A DNA stretch of 64,000 nt from Oleispira sp. (GCA_016765295.1 JAESQF010000095.1:872-64871), one strand, 5' to 3'; positions 10,148-20,351 are shown, numbered from the stretch's first letter. Notes: generated by a model not told the origin, from the sequence alone. A program made the numbers and translations.

Positions 10148-10262
10148 AATAAATTCCTAGGTTGTTTATTTATTTGATTAATATGCCGTTTTTCAGCCTG
10201 TGGATATATGCCCTAATTGATACAGGTATGTTCTATCTGGGGTATCAATTTCTGTAAAACCC

Positions 10263-10961
10263 TTATTCCGACCAATACCAGCTGGTTACGTTATAGCGAT
10301 ATAGATCAGCACACTCAGATTTTAGTCTTTTCACCCAGTGTTCAGAGCCCTTTGAAGAGGGGTCAAATAATACACAGCGGTTATACAAAGGCGCGATACT
10401 AATAGCTTCATCATCTTTTCCGATAAAAACCAATTCCCCTCCGGCATTCTTGTTCCAGTCTTTATTTAAATACAGCAGCATGCACACTTCTCTGCCTGGT
10501 GAATCATCGGCATGTTGTTCAACAAAGTCGTCTGCCCCTAAGCGAAAGTAATTGCTATTAATTTCAGGCTCGGCCACATTCATATCAGTAATTTTTACAT
10601 TGAAAATACGGGATAATACCGACATGAATTCTTCCCCGCGTAAGAATGATAAAAAATCATGGGCGCTACTTGAAGAGTCTGTATTAGAGTGCACCGCTTC
10701 GCGACACCAAGAATCTCGCTGTACAAAGCGTTGGTCATCGCTGGTACTTTGCCACTGGGCATTATCGACGTATAAAGCCGAGTAAGTATGTTTTTGAGTT
10801 TGCCAGTTTTGAGGTTGCTGTAAAATCTTCATCACATCATCGAGTTTGGTTTCATTAAATAAGTTATCAATCACGATATGATGGGGGCAAGAATTCAGTA
10901 AAGACTTTCGATATGCCACGATTGCAGAATCGACGACTTGCTCATTATTCAACCACATCAA
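10263..10961 (-). CDS. 2OG-Fe(II) oxygenase (prolyl-hydroxylase-like)
   Basis: HxD (HADD), LLYLN.DW...GGEL, distal H (SEHWV) and R (YRY). Confidence 0.85.
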   Translation of the reverse strand: MMWLNNEQVVDSAIVAYRKSLLNSCPHHIVIDNLFNETKLDDVMKILQQPQNWQTQKHTYSALYVDNAQWQSTSDDQRFVQRDSWCREAVHSNTDSSSSAHDFLSFLRGEEFMSVLSRIFNVKITDMNVAEPEINSNYFRLGADDFVEQHADDSPGREVCMLLYLNKDWNKNAGGELVFIGKDDEAISIAPLYNRCVLFDPSSKGSEHWVKRLKSECADLYRYNVTSWYWSE

Positions 10962-11113
10962 AACTACCCACGGTATTATTAGAAATATTCTTTAATAATT
11001 TGATAATACAGGGTTGATCAATAATTCCTATATCTAGGTGTATATAGCGATAAGAAAGTTTGCGATACTATTGCTCATAATGAGAAGAACAAATTACCTT
11101 AGAGGAAAAACTA

Positions 11114-11284
11114 ATGACTAAGAAAGTAGTAACATTTGAGTACGAGAAAGAAACTAAGAACAGTGTTCGCTATAAGGAAGTCCCTGATGAAGGAACTGCT
11201 CCTATTGTGGGTAGCCTGTATGTTCAAAAGTGGTTTGCGGGTAATAGCAAAACGATTGAAGTCACGATAGAGAAGAAAGACTAA
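11114..11284 (+). CDS. Small hypothetical protein (56 aa), not in the ORF track
   Basis: AGAGGA RBS, ATG 11114, TAA 11282-11284. Translation: MTKKVVTFEYEKETKNSVRYKEVPDEGTAPIVGSLYVQKWFAGNSKTIEVTIEKKD. Confidence 0.75.
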   Translation: MTKKVVTFEYEKETKNSVRYKEVPDEGTAPIVGSLYVQKWFAGNSKTIEVTIEKKD

Positions 11285-11318
11285 CAGATTACAATGTGGT
11301 ATTTAAAGGGTTAAGCAA

Positions 11319-11630
11319 GTGGCAAATATATTTAGCAATATTCCATCAGAGCTGCCCAATGAAATATTCGAAGATATTATCATTACGGAAAAGCTAAGGG
11401 TTGAGCGAATAGTATCAAAAGGGCATTCATCCCCAGAGTCTGGTTGGTACGATCAAAGTGAAAATGAATGGATTATTGTGCTATCGGGTTACGGCGTCAT
11501 TGAGTATGAAAATGGTAATAAGGTTGCCCTTAAAGAGGGTGGCTACTTGAATATCAAAGCTCATGAAAAGCACCGGGTGATAGAGACTTCACCTGATGCC
11601 GCGACGGTGTGGTTGGCTATTTTCTATTAA
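11319..11630 (+). CDS. Cupin domain protein
   Basis: RVERIVSKGH..P..GWYDQ..NEW and AHEKHRV motifs. Confidence 0.85.
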   Translation: MANIFSNIPSELPNEIFEDIIITEKLRVERIVSKGHSSPESGWYDQSENEWIIVLSGYGVIEYENGNKVALKEGGYLNIKAHEKHRVIETSPDAATVWLAIFY

Positions 11631-11647
11631 AGGAGTCGTTGTGCTTT

Positions 11648-12421
11648 TTATTTTAGGCGTCTCGCAATACTTAACCCTGCTAGCAGAACTACAAATGAAA
11701 AGCCTAAACTGCCAGCAGATGAATTACTGGTTAGATCTTGATTCTTTCTAGATGTATTGGCTAATGGCTCTAGAATTGAGGCACTATCTACAGTGTTATC
11801 TGTAATGGCAATGGAGTCGATTACAACCGCATTATCACGAGTGATTGAGCTGGCGTTGGTTGAACCTTGTAATGGGGTGCTTGAAAAGGCGCCACCAAAG
11901 TTTTTTGTCGGCAATGCAGCTATGGCATCCATTACTACCATACCTGCTTCTGTTACCTGGCCAAATACGGTAAAGCCGCTATTCTGGCTGTTTAGGTCTG
12001 CACTGTTATCGGACAGGTTTATAAACCATTGTGAGGTTGCACTATTTGGATCGCCGCCGAGTTTTGCCATGGCGATGGTGCCACGGACATTGGAATAAAG
12101 GGGTTCGTTTATGACCGTTGGCTTTTCTTCGACCTCAATTAAAGTATCTTCATCATCAAAATAATAACCGCCACTTTGACTGACAAAACCGCTGATCGAG
12201 CGGTGGACGATGGTATCGTCGTAGGCATTATCATTGATATAACTAAGAAAGTTTTCAACGGTTTTTGGGGTGGTCTCATCGAATAAGTTAACTTCTATAT
12301 TCCCTAGAGATGTTTGGATTTGAACGATGGTGGCATTCGTTAGGCTGCTGAAACTGGCTAGTGATACTAATGCAGTGATCAACATTGTTGAGTTAAATTG
12401 CTGTTTTATACTGCTTTTCAT
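11648..12421 (-). CDS. Secreted cyclophilin-type peptidyl-prolyl isomerase with GlyGly-CTERM-like tail
   Basis: Signal peptide; TPKTVENFLSY, HRS..GFV.Q.GG, RGTIAMAK, SATSQWFIN; C-terminus SSAGSLGFSFVVLLAGLSIARRLK. Confidence 0.88.
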   Translation of the reverse strand: MKSSIKQQFNSTMLITALVSLASFSSLTNATIVQIQTSLGNIEVNLFDETTPKTVENFLSYINDNAYDDTIVHRSISGFVSQSGGYYFDDEDTLIEVEEKPTVINEPLYSNVRGTIAMAKLGGDPNSATSQWFINLSDNSADLNSQNSGFTVFGQVTEAGMVVMDAIAALPTKNFGGAFSSTPLQGSTNASSITRDNAVVIDSIAITDNTVDSASILEPLANTSRKNQDLTSNSSAGSLGFSFVVLLAGLSIARRLK

Positions 12422-12611
12422 GATGCTATTAATCCAGGCTTTCTATTATTGGTCTTATTATAAGGACAGAATAATTGTTTTTATATTGCTATACAAAGAC
12501 TTTACTCAGGGTAATCAGAAGATCCTGAAACAATGCATACTGTTTAACAGTTTTAACTGAGCCTAGAAGGGCCATTTTGGAAGCCGTGGTTGTTATTAAT
12601 AAGGATATTGT

Positions 12612-13100
12612 ATGATTTTTCGTTATCTAATGATTATAGGAATGGTGCTGCTCACTTCGGGTTTTGGATTTTTTAACTTTGGCAGAAGCTAGAGAAGGAT
12701 ATTTCAGAGCATGAAGATACTCTGGATAGCATTTTTGTTACTTATTGGAGGGGGCGAAAATATCACTACGCTCATTACCCATCGATGAAAATACCAAAGA
12801 AATTGATTTTGCAGCGATTAAAAAAGAACAGGCTGTAAAATTCGGCTTAGGCCCAAATTTAAGCAATATTTATGATTGGGAGTTTTTATTAAAAGATCAG
12901 CCCCCTCATATTGAACCCATATAATTTTCGGAAATTCTTATTTAATGCGTGGTTGGGCAAGGCAATAGTATCGTTAGATAGCCAGGGAAAGCACTTAATT
13001 TCTTACCGATAAAGTCTTTATGTATAAACTGGGTACGTCATATGCTTATTATTATGCGGATGAAATTAAGAAGAAAGCTGAGGCTTTTCTGGGTGCCTAA
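12612..13100 (+). pseudogene. Probable degraded gene for an exported protein (fragments in several frames)
   Basis: AAGGA RBS, then ATG 12612 encoding signal-like MIFRYLMIIGMVLLTSGFGFF, stopped at 12692. Protein-like fragments follow in other frames (LPIDENTKEIDFAAIKKEQ..., FLTDKVFMYKLGTSYAYYYADEIKKKAEAFLGA* ending 13100). Confidence 0.4.
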
Positions 13101-13101
13101 A

Positions 13102-13992
13102 TTAAGACTTGATTTTTGCCGTTATAAAATCAAGAAAAACTCGGGTTTTAGGAGAGATCATTTCTCGTTTTAAATAAATGGCATACGTTGCACTTAGCTC
13201 CTCATAGGGGCTGAATATATGCTGCTGCATAACCTGCACGAGTGAGCCATTGTCTAACTCGGTTTTTACCGCCCATAATGGCATTAGCGCGAGCCCAGTA
13301 TTGTTAAATATCAACTGCTTTTGACCATTAACTGAATTCACTGAAATTGAATTGTTAATGGTGAGTTTCTTTTTTTCTTCTGTCATCAAGTACCAATCTT
13401 GCCAGCGTGAATAACTGTAACGTATACAATGATGATTGATTAAATCTTCTGGTTGTTCGATCTTTTTATGGCTGGCTAAATATTCTGGGCTAGCGCACAA
13501 CAAAAAATTATTATTCGCTAAATGCTTAGCGATCATAGTGGAGTCTGGCAAACGCCCGCTGCGAATAGCGATGTCGATATTTTCTTCAACCAGGTCGACG
13601 ACGCGTTCGGTTAGTTCAAGTTCCAGTTCTATGTTTGGGTACAGCTGCATAAATTCTGCAATCAGCGGCATGATGATGCTTTCACCAAACCCTACTGTCA
13701 TGCTTATTTTGAGTGTGCCTGTTGGGTTCTCTTGCAGGTCATTAACCGCACGTTTAGCTTGATCAAACTCGGTAACGATACGCAGTGAGTAATCGTAATA
13801 TTTACGCCCTGCTTCTGTTAAACCAATATTCCTGGTGGTTTTATTCAGTAAACGCACCCCAAGTTCTTGCTCTAATGCGGTCAATTGTCTGGAGATGGAA
13901 GAGGGCTGAACATCAAAGAAGCGGCTGGCCTCTGAGATGCTTCCGGTTTCAACGACACAATTAAAATACAGCAAGCGATTGAGTGAGCTCAT
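13102..13992 (-). CDS. LysR-family regulator (CrgA-like)
   Basis: GSISEASRFFDVQPSSISRQLTALEQELGVRLLNKTTR; DLVEENIDIAIR. Confidence 0.93.
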   Translation of the reverse strand: MSSLNRLLYFNCVVETGSISEASRFFDVQPSSISRQLTALEQELGVRLLNKTTRNIGLTEAGRKYYDYSLRIVTEFDQAKRAVNDLQENPTGTLKISMTVGFGESIIMPLIAEFMQLYPNIELELELTERVVDLVEENIDIAIRSGRLPDSTMIAKHLANNNFLLCASPEYLASHKKIEQPEDLINHHCIRYSYSRWQDWYLMTEEKKKLTINNSISVNSVNGQKQLIFNNTGLALMPLWAVKTELDNGSLVQVMQQHIFSPYEELSATYAIYLKREMISPKTRVFLDFITAKIKS

Positions 13993-14038
13993 GGCGGTCT
14001 TCTAGAAAGTCTTAATAAGGTTAGACATTAGCTCTTCG

Positions 14039-14053
14039 TTGCTTAAAAAGCAA
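14039..14053. promoter_or_regulatory. LysR-type T-N11-A inverted repeat
   Basis: TTGCT-TAAAA-AGCAA between the divergent lysR and oxidoreductase genes. Confidence 0.5.
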
Positions 14054-14143
14054 AGGTGGTTTGTTTTAAGTCGTGTTGGTTGCTTATCTTGCATCCCATA
14101 GAATGATCTCACTCAATCAATACAGACAAGAAGGCGCTTAACC

Positions 14144-15157
14144 ATGGAAACTAAAATGACAGACAATATGACGACAACAATGAAAGCGATGGTGGTTAAA
14201 GAGTTAGGTGCTAGTTCTGTATTTCAATTAGCAGAACGACCAGTGCCGACGGTAAAGCCAGGGCATTTGGTAGTCGCTGTGAAAGCCAGCAGCGTGAATC
14301 CGTTAGATACCATGCTGCGTTCTATCGAGTTACCTTGGTCGGCTAACTTGCCAGAAATATTGCATGGTGATGTTGCTGGTATTGTCACTGCATTAGGTGA
14401 AGGTGTTAGTGATTTTAAGCTGGGTGATGAAGTTTACGGCATGGCAGGGGGCATCAATGGTACCGACGGCGCCTTGGCAGAGTTTATGTTGGTCGATGCA
14501 CGCTTAATGGCGAAGAAGCCAGTATCTTTGAGTATGAGGCAAGCGGCCGCATTACCTTTGGTTGCTATCACTTCGTACGAAGCACTAGTAGAGAAGATGA
14601 ATGTGAAAGAAGGTGATCATGTTCTTATTCATGGGGCGACGGGTGGGGTTGGCCATATTGCGATTCAGCTGGCTAAAGCACTCGGGGCAACAGTGACGGC
14701 AACTCATGGCCCAGCGAATGCTGAGCTAGCCAAAACTTTGGGTGCTGATAACCTAGTTGATTACTCAACTGAGTCAGTCGCCGATTATGTACAGGCTTAT
14801 ACCGACGGTGCAGGTTTTGATAAGGTATTTGATACCGTCGCCGGTGATAATATTCAAAAGTCGTTTGCAGCGGCTAAATTTAATGGCCATGTGGCGACTA
14901 TTTTACCGATTGCTGATCCATTACAAATTGCTTTGAAAAGTTTATCGTTTCACAGTGTTTTAATGTTGATCCCATTATTCCACGGGCTAAATCAGTCTTC
15001 TCATGGGCGTATCTTAACTGAGATTGCTGAGCTGGTAGATGCTGGCAAGATCACTCCGATTGTCGATGAAAGTGACTTTAGTATTTGGGACGTTGCTAAG
15101 GCTCATGATCACTTCGAATCGGGCCAGAGCCAAGGTAAAATTATCCTAATGGCTTAG
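14144..15157 (+). CDS. MDR-family NADPH:quinone oxidoreductase / zinc-binding alcohol dehydrogenase-like protein
   Basis: SVNPLD, GDVAGIV, GALAEF, HGATGGVGH and GKIIL motifs. Confidence 0.9.
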   Translation: METKMTDNMTTTMKAMVVKELGASSVFQLAERPVPTVKPGHLVVAVKASSVNPLDTMLRSIELPWSANLPEILHGDVAGIVTALGEGVSDFKLGDEVYGMAGGINGTDGALAEFMLVDARLMAKKPVSLSMRQAAALPLVAITSYEALVEKMNVKEGDHVLIHGATGGVGHIAIQLAKALGATVTATHGPANAELAKTLGADNLVDYSTESVADYVQAYTDGAGFDKVFDTVAGDNIQKSFAAAKFNGHVATILPIADPLQIALKSLSFHSVLMLIPLFHGLNQSSHGRILTEIAELVDAGKITPIVDESDFSIWDVAKAHDHFESGQSQGKIILMA

Positions 15158-15168
15158 CTTGATTTTAC

Positions 15169-15201
15169 GGCACACTTTCTCAAGAAAGTTGTGCCATTTT
15201 T
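15169..15201 (+). terminator. Intrinsic terminator
   Basis: Hairpin GGCACA-CTTTCT-ca-AGAAAG-t-TGTGCC followed by ATTTTT. Confidence 0.6.
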
Positions 15202-15313
15202 CACATATAGCAGCATTTGCTGATAGATATCTTGTCTATAATAGGAAGGAGGCAACTTCGCTAGGATACAAATGTGAATATTAGAGCCGCAGTTCTGTTT
15301 TCCGCATTTCTAT

Positions 15314-15903
15314 ATGGATGCCTTAATTTGGATCTTAGATAAATCTGGGGCTGACTATCGTTTAATTCATACCAACCATTTAATGTCATCGCAGGTTAGG
15401 AAAGTCAATCTAGTTCAGAAAGGCGAGATCGATATTATGTATGCGGGGACGACGGTTGAGCTGGAGTCGATGTTAAAACCGATTCGCTTCCCTATAACAC
15501 GTGGTCTGATTGACCATCGTGTTTTTATTATTAATAAAAATCATCGACAAGATTATGCTCAGATTAAAGGGGTTGCCGATTTAAAAAACTATTCAGGCAT
15601 TCTCAGTTATGGCTGGCCAGAAAAAGAAATTTTTGAAGCCGTAGGTTTAATGCAAGTAGAGCAGCTTTATTCTGAGATATTTGACAATTTAAATTCTGGC
15701 AGCCGCTATTATTTTTCACGCGGAGTGCTCGAGACTTTAACAAAGCCTATGAAGACGGCAGTTATATTGACTTTCTCTATAACCACCCCTTGATTAAATC
15801 CTCTTTTGAACAAGCCAATCTAGCTGAAAGGCTTGTTATCGATATTCCTAATCCATTTTTTCCTGAAGCTTCGATGAGTATTCCTAGCCAATTCTGGCAT
15901 TGA
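15314..15903 (+). pseudogene. Disrupted substrate-binding-protein gene (5'-truncated, with an internal deletion/frameshift near 15735)
   Basis: The ORF reads PIRFPITRGL...YFSRGVLE, then the family-like C-terminus continues in another frame: DFNKAYEDGSYIDFLYNHPLIKSSFEQANLAERLVIDIPNPFFPEASMSIPSQFWH* (TGA 15901-15903). No signal peptide. Confidence 0.7.
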
Positions 15904-15929
15904 GTGGGGCATTAAATTTGGCATTTAGC

Positions 15930-17630
15930 TTAAGTAAATTGCTTAAGCTGTTTATTAATATTCGAAACAGATTGGTGAATTGTTTCAGATTGCTGTAATA
16001 ACTTATCATTTCCTTCTCGGGTTGCTACTGATATGTTAGCAATATTATCTATGTTGTTATTGATGCTCTCGCTTGTGCTAGTTTGCTCTTCTGCAGCTAA
16101 CGCTATCTGTGTATTTAAGTCTTGAATGCTTTTTATCGCGATTCCCATACTATCGATCATTTTATTGGTCTGCTGCGCTTTTTCCAAGCTTTGATCAATG
16201 TCTTTGGTACCTGATTCAATCGCTTGTACTGCCGATTTAGCTCCCGATTGCAGCTTCTCTATCATGGTATTGATTTCTTCAGTCGATTCTTGAGTACGGC
16301 TTGCTAAGGAACGGACTTCATCGGCAACAACTGCAAAACCACGGCCTTGCTCGCCAGCTCTTGCGGCTTCGATTGCTGCGTTCAAGGCAAGTAAGTTAGT
16401 CTGTTCGGCGATGCCTCTAATTACATCTAATACCCCTCCAATATCTTGGGAGTCTTTTTCTAATACCGAAACAGCTTCCGCTGCATGATGCATGCTTGTC
16501 GATAATGTTTCCACGGATTGACTATTGTCACTCACCAACTTTTGGCCACTCTCTGCTTGGGTTAATGTCGATTCTGAATGATCGGCAGCGGATCTTGCTA
16601 AATCTGCGATCTGTTTCGAGGTGGATGTCATGAGTGTTGCAGAAGAGGCGACAGAGGTTGTTTCTAGTTGCTGGTCAGCGGCCCCTTTTTGTGAATCGGA
16701 TGCAATTTTTTCCATTTCAGCAGTACTTTCACTTAGATGCTCTACTTGAGCACTAACTTCTTTTATTGACGATTCCATTTGTTGTACAAATTGATTGAAA
16801 GCACTGGCGATGATACCAATTTCATCTCGTGGGGTTTCATTTAAACGTTGAGATAAGTCTTCATTACCGCTGGCAATTTGTTGCAGTGCTTTAGCGACTT
16901 GACGTAAACGGTTAGAAATAATGCGTCGAAATAGTATAAATAATACGGTAACTGTTGCGACTAGAGCGGTTAGCATCATCCCAGCGATGGTGAAATTGAG
17001 TTGTTTAGCAGCGGCTATTTGATCATCTATGGGTATCTGTACTTCAAGTACCCCTCTGATGTCGCCTAATTTCCAATCGTTTTTAGGGGTGTCGGGATGG
17101 CTGTTATGACAGGATACGCAGCCTGCTTGGGTCATTGTATCTGCCAGAGCAACTCGAACTACTTGCTTGCCATCGACTAAGTCTGTTTTAGAAAATGTTT
17201 GCTTTGGATTTTTCTTAAGCACCTTCCAGGCTTCATCAGCAAAGCTATCTAGATTACGAGATTGGCGGTTAGGGAATGGAAAAGGGCTATAGAGTTTAAG
17301 ACTAACGATGCCTTGCTGTGATAGTTGCTCACTGATGTCATGAATAAAGGTGGCTGGCAGTGGGATTTTTGTTGGGTCACCTTTGTGATTGAAGTGTCCT
17401 TTTAAATCTGAACCTGCGAGGACTTTCTTAATGACATTGTTAGTGTAATAACCGCGAATCATTTTATATTGTCGAACGGTACTTTCCGCTGACGTTATCG
17501 CGCTATTGATGGCTCCTTGCTTGGTTATTGAAGGCACATAAAACAACAGTGCCACTATCACTATGGCAAATATGATAATCAGTGGAGTGAATAGGCGAGT
17601 GCTTAATTTATTAGCGTAAGGAATACTCAT
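15930..17630 (-). CDS. Methyl-accepting chemotaxis protein with periplasmic c-type heme (DUF3365/Tll0287-like) domain
   Basis: TM-periplasmic domain-TM-HAMP-MCP layout; CVSCH heme motif; [34 protein letters not shown]. Confidence 0.93.
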   Translation of the reverse strand: MSIPYANKLSTRLFTPLIIIFAIVIVALLFYVPSITKQGAINSAITSAESTVRQYKMIRGYYTNNVIKKVLAGSDLKGHFNHKGDPTKIPLPATFIHDISEQLSQQGIVSLKLYSPFPFPNRQSRNLDSFADEAWKVLKKNPKQTFSKTDLVDGKQVVRVALADTMTQAGCVSCHNSHPDTPKNDWKLGDIRGVLEVQIPIDDQIAAAKQLNFTIAGMMLTALVATVTVLFILFRRIISNRLRQVAKALQQIASGNEDLSQRLNETPRDEIGIIASAFNQFVQQMESSIKEVSAQVEHLSESTAEMEKIASDSQKGAADQQLETTSVASSATLMTSTSKQIADLARSAADHSESTLTQAESGQKLVSDNSQSVETLSTSMHHAAEAVSVLEKDSQDIGGVLDVIRGIAEQTNLLALNAAIEAARAGEQGRGFAVVADEVRSLASRTQESTEEINTMIEKLQSGAKSAVQAIESGTKDIDQSLEKAQQTNKMIDSMGIAIKSIQDLNTQIALAAEEQTSTSESINNNIDNIANISVATREGNDKLLQQSETIHQSVSNINKQLKQFT

Positions 17631-17784
17631 TACTTTTCCAAAGTGGAGAGGTCATATTAAGTGTAGTTCAGATATGACTTTAGACTGGGGTGAAAAGGGT
17701 TGAATGGCCAGATCGTCATCTTAGCTACAAACTGTCATTCAATGATTGCAGCGGATGTTGAATATTTGATATAACGTACGGTAG

Positions 17785-18042
17785 TTGATTATGAAAGCCT
17801 ATGTGATCGTTCGTGTTGAAAGAGAGGATCCTGCTCTGCTTAAGGGTTACCAAGCGTTAGCACCTGAGGCTATTGAGAAATATAACGGTAAAATTATTGT
17901 TAGGGGAGGAACTATTATTATCGAATTTCCTTCGTTAGCGGATACTGTATTATTTTATAATTCCGCAGAATATCAGGATGCTTGTAAAGCGAGAGAAGGT
18001 ATTGGAGAATTTGAAATATTTGGTATTGAAGGGCTGGCATAA
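17785..18042 (+). CDS. DUF1330-family protein (appears internally shortened)
   Basis: YNGKIIVRGG..IIEFPS...FYNSAEYQ..R pattern. Confidence 0.75.
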   Translation: MIMKAYVIVRVEREDPALLKGYQALAPEAIEKYNGKIIVRGGTIIIEFPSLADTVLFYNSAEYQDACKAREGIGEFEIFGIEGLA

Positions 18043-18100
18043 ACTCGTACTAAATACTGGCTAGATTATTGTGTTTTTTGAATGTTAGTAAGGAAAGAAA

Positions 18101-18487
18101 ATGATTGTTATCTATGGAATAAAAGAAAACCTTAATCCAATTAAGGCCGATATGTCGAATGTGATTCATGGCTGTATGGTAGCGGTATTAGGGCTGCCAG
18201 AAGATAAGCGCGCTCACCGTTTTATACCGATGGATAAAGAAGACTTTTATTATCCCGGTGGCCGTAGTGATGCTTACACGGTAATTGAGATTAATATGAT
18301 GGCAGGGCGGAAAAAAGAAACCCTTAAGGCTTTGATTAAACAACTGTTTCAGAAAATTGAAAGTGAATTAAACATAGGCCCGGTGGATATTGAAATTATC
18401 ATTAAAGAACAACCCGCTCATTGTTGGGGATTTAGGGGGATGACGGGGTGTGAAGTACGCGATTTATCCTATAAGGTAAGTGTCTAA
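18101..18487 (+). CDS. Tautomerase-superfamily protein
   Basis: LGLPEDKR.HRF, RSDAYTVIEI.MM.GR, EQPAHCWGFRG; strong RBS. Confidence 0.85.
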   Translation: MIVIYGIKENLNPIKADMSNVIHGCMVAVLGLPEDKRAHRFIPMDKEDFYYPGGRSDAYTVIEINMMAGRKKETLKALIKQLFQKIESELNIGPVDIEIIIKEQPAHCWGFRGMTGCEVRDLSYKVSV

Positions 18488-18500
18488 AAATAATTAACTC

Positions 18501-19088
18501 ATGGACGAAATTATGGAATTCCCAGAGATTACTACCTCTCGATTAAAGCTTGTAAGATTAACGAGTGATGATGTTAGAGATGTATTCACACTTTTTTCTG
18601 ATGAGAAGGTTATTAAGTATTACGATTTGGGTGCGTTAACGCAGGTTCCGCAAGCGCTATCGCTGATCAATTTCTTTAATTCACGTTATGATTCTAATAC
18701 CGGTATTCGCTGGGGAATTCGGTTGAAAGAATCTAATCGACTTATTGGTACTTGTGGCTTCAATTCTTGGAGTTTGAAAATGAAGAGTGCTGAAATCGGT
18801 TATGATTTAATCCCAAGTTTATGGGGTTATGGTTATGCTAATGAGGCTGTTTCAGCCGTATTAAATATGGCTTTTTCTGGGAAATTATCCTGTGGTATGT
18901 TGAACCGAATCCAAGCGGATACGATTCCTGGAAATGATGCTTCTGAATCACTTTTATTAAAATTGGGTTTTGTAGAAGAGGGATTAAGACGTGAAAGTGG
19001 CTACTGGAAAAATACCTTTCATGACCTTAAGTGTTTTGGCTTACTCGAATCTGAGTATGCTAAGCGTCCGCTGGCTGAAACCTGCTAA
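18501..19088 (+). CDS. GNAT acetyltransferase, RimJ/RimL family
   Basis: TSRLKL, IGTCGF, AEIGYDL..LWGYGYA.EA, N.AS..LL.KLGF.EEG.RR. Confidence 0.9.
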   Translation: MDEIMEFPEITTSRLKLVRLTSDDVRDVFTLFSDEKVIKYYDLGALTQVPQALSLINFFNSRYDSNTGIRWGIRLKESNRLIGTCGFNSWSLKMKSAEIGYDLIPSLWGYGYANEAVSAVLNMAFSGKLSCGMLNRIQADTIPGNDASESLLLKLGFVEEGLRRESGYWKNTFHDLKCFGLLESEYAKRPLAETC

Positions 19089-19112
19089 ACCGTTTATATA
19101 AGAATATATGAA

Positions 19113-19706
19113 ATGAAAATTTATTTGGCATCAACAGAGCATGTTGATTGGCAACAGCAAGATGTATTAGCGAAAGCACTGAGTTTGACAGAAGGGCTGG
19201 ATTCAGAAGAAGCGATCGTTAAGGCGTGTTTTGAGTTTGTACGGGATGAAATTAAACATAGCTGGGATTACCAGATTAATCCGGTGACGTGTAAAGCGTC
19301 TGAAGTTTTAATGCAGGGCACGGGCTATTGTTATGCTAAAAGCCATCTATTAGCCGCATTATTGCGGGCTAATAAGATACCGGCTGGACTCTGCTATCAG
19401 CGCTTAACCATTAGTGGTGACCAAGCGCCTTTTTGTTTGCATGGACTCAATGCTGTCTATCTTAAAGACCATGGTTGGTATCGTATTGATCCACGGGGGA
19501 ATAAAGAAGGAGTGAATGCTGAGTTTTGTCCTCCTAAAGAGCAGTTAGCTTTTCCTCTTCTTACTAAGGGCGAAGCTGACCTGCCGGAAATTTGGGCTGA
19601 GCCATTAGCGGTCGTTGTCGATGCATTGACTCAGTATTCGGATTTTTTAGAAGTGGCGAACAATTTACCGGATATAGTGTTATATAAAACTCACTCACTG
19701 CTTTAA
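19113..19706 (+). CDS. Transglutaminase-like family protein
   Basis: GYCYAKSHLLAALLR (Cys), LHGLN (His) and RIDPRG (Asp) triad. Confidence 0.88.
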   Translation: MKIYLASTEHVDWQQQDVLAKALSLTEGLDSEEAIVKACFEFVRDEIKHSWDYQINPVTCKASEVLMQGTGYCYAKSHLLAALLRANKIPAGLCYQRLTISGDQAPFCLHGLNAVYLKDHGWYRIDPRGNKEGVNAEFCPPKEQLAFPLLTKGEADLPEIWAEPLAVVVDALTQYSDFLEVANNLPDIVLYKTHSLL

Positions 19707-19709
19707 AGG

Positions 19710-20351
19710 CTAATAAGCTAGAGTGAACCGTTGCTGAGGAAAGTTACTTTGTTCAGCTTCGTCGATCAATGCGACGGCAAGGTCTTCATAAGATATTTTT
19801 GATTGCCCTTGCTGATCAACTAATAATTCATCTTTGCCTAGGCGAAATTGGGCCGTTCTTTCACCTGGCAATAACATCGCCGGTGGGCTTAAGTACGTCC
19901 AATTAACTCGTGTCTCTGCTTTATAGACTTCATACTGATCGACACAGGCTACTGCAATATCGCGCCAAGCAGGTGAAACATAGCGAGTATCATCGACCAC
20001 TAGGGTGGACTTTTTATCGCCAACGTTTAGGCTTCCTGCACCGCCAACAGCGATTAAGCGAACCTGAGTTTTAGCTAAGCCAGTTAATAATGATTGGCTA
20101 ATATTTATCAGTTCTTTTTCTTGTCCCTCCGCTGGTCGAGTCGCCGCGATGACTAAGTCTTGGCCTTTACTGAGTGCAATAACATCTTCTATACGGCTGG
20201 CATCTCCTTGGCGTTGTTGTGCTTTATTCGGTAATTGTGCAAAACTAGCTTCGTTTCTTACTACAGCAGTCACCTCATGACCTCGCAATAGAGCTTCAGT
20301 CACTATTCTACTACCCGCGCTGCCAGCAGCACCAAATACAGTAATACGCAT
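19710..20351 (-). CDS. NAD(P)-dependent oxidoreductase (YwnB-like)
   Basis: VFGAAGSAG, RGHEVTAVVR, VGGAGSL, WTYLSPP and ISYEDLAVALIDE motifs. Confidence 0.9.
   Translation of the reverse strand: MRITVFGAAGSAGSRIVTEALLRGHEVTAVVRNEASFAQLPNKAQQRQGDASRIEDVIALSKGQDLVIAATRPAEGQEKELINISQSLLTGLAKTQVRLIAVGGAGSLNVGDKKSTLVVDDTRYVSPAWRDIAVACVDQYEVYKAETRVNWTYLSPPAMLLPGERTAQFRLGKDELLVDQQGQSKISYEDLAVALIDEAEQSNFPQQRFTLAY

Noticed and set aside
17785-19706. Integron cassette array (small co-oriented GNAT/tautomerase/DUF genes)
   Set aside because: Spacers are short (13-58 bp) and lack RYYYAAC...GTTRRRY attC structure; no integrase.
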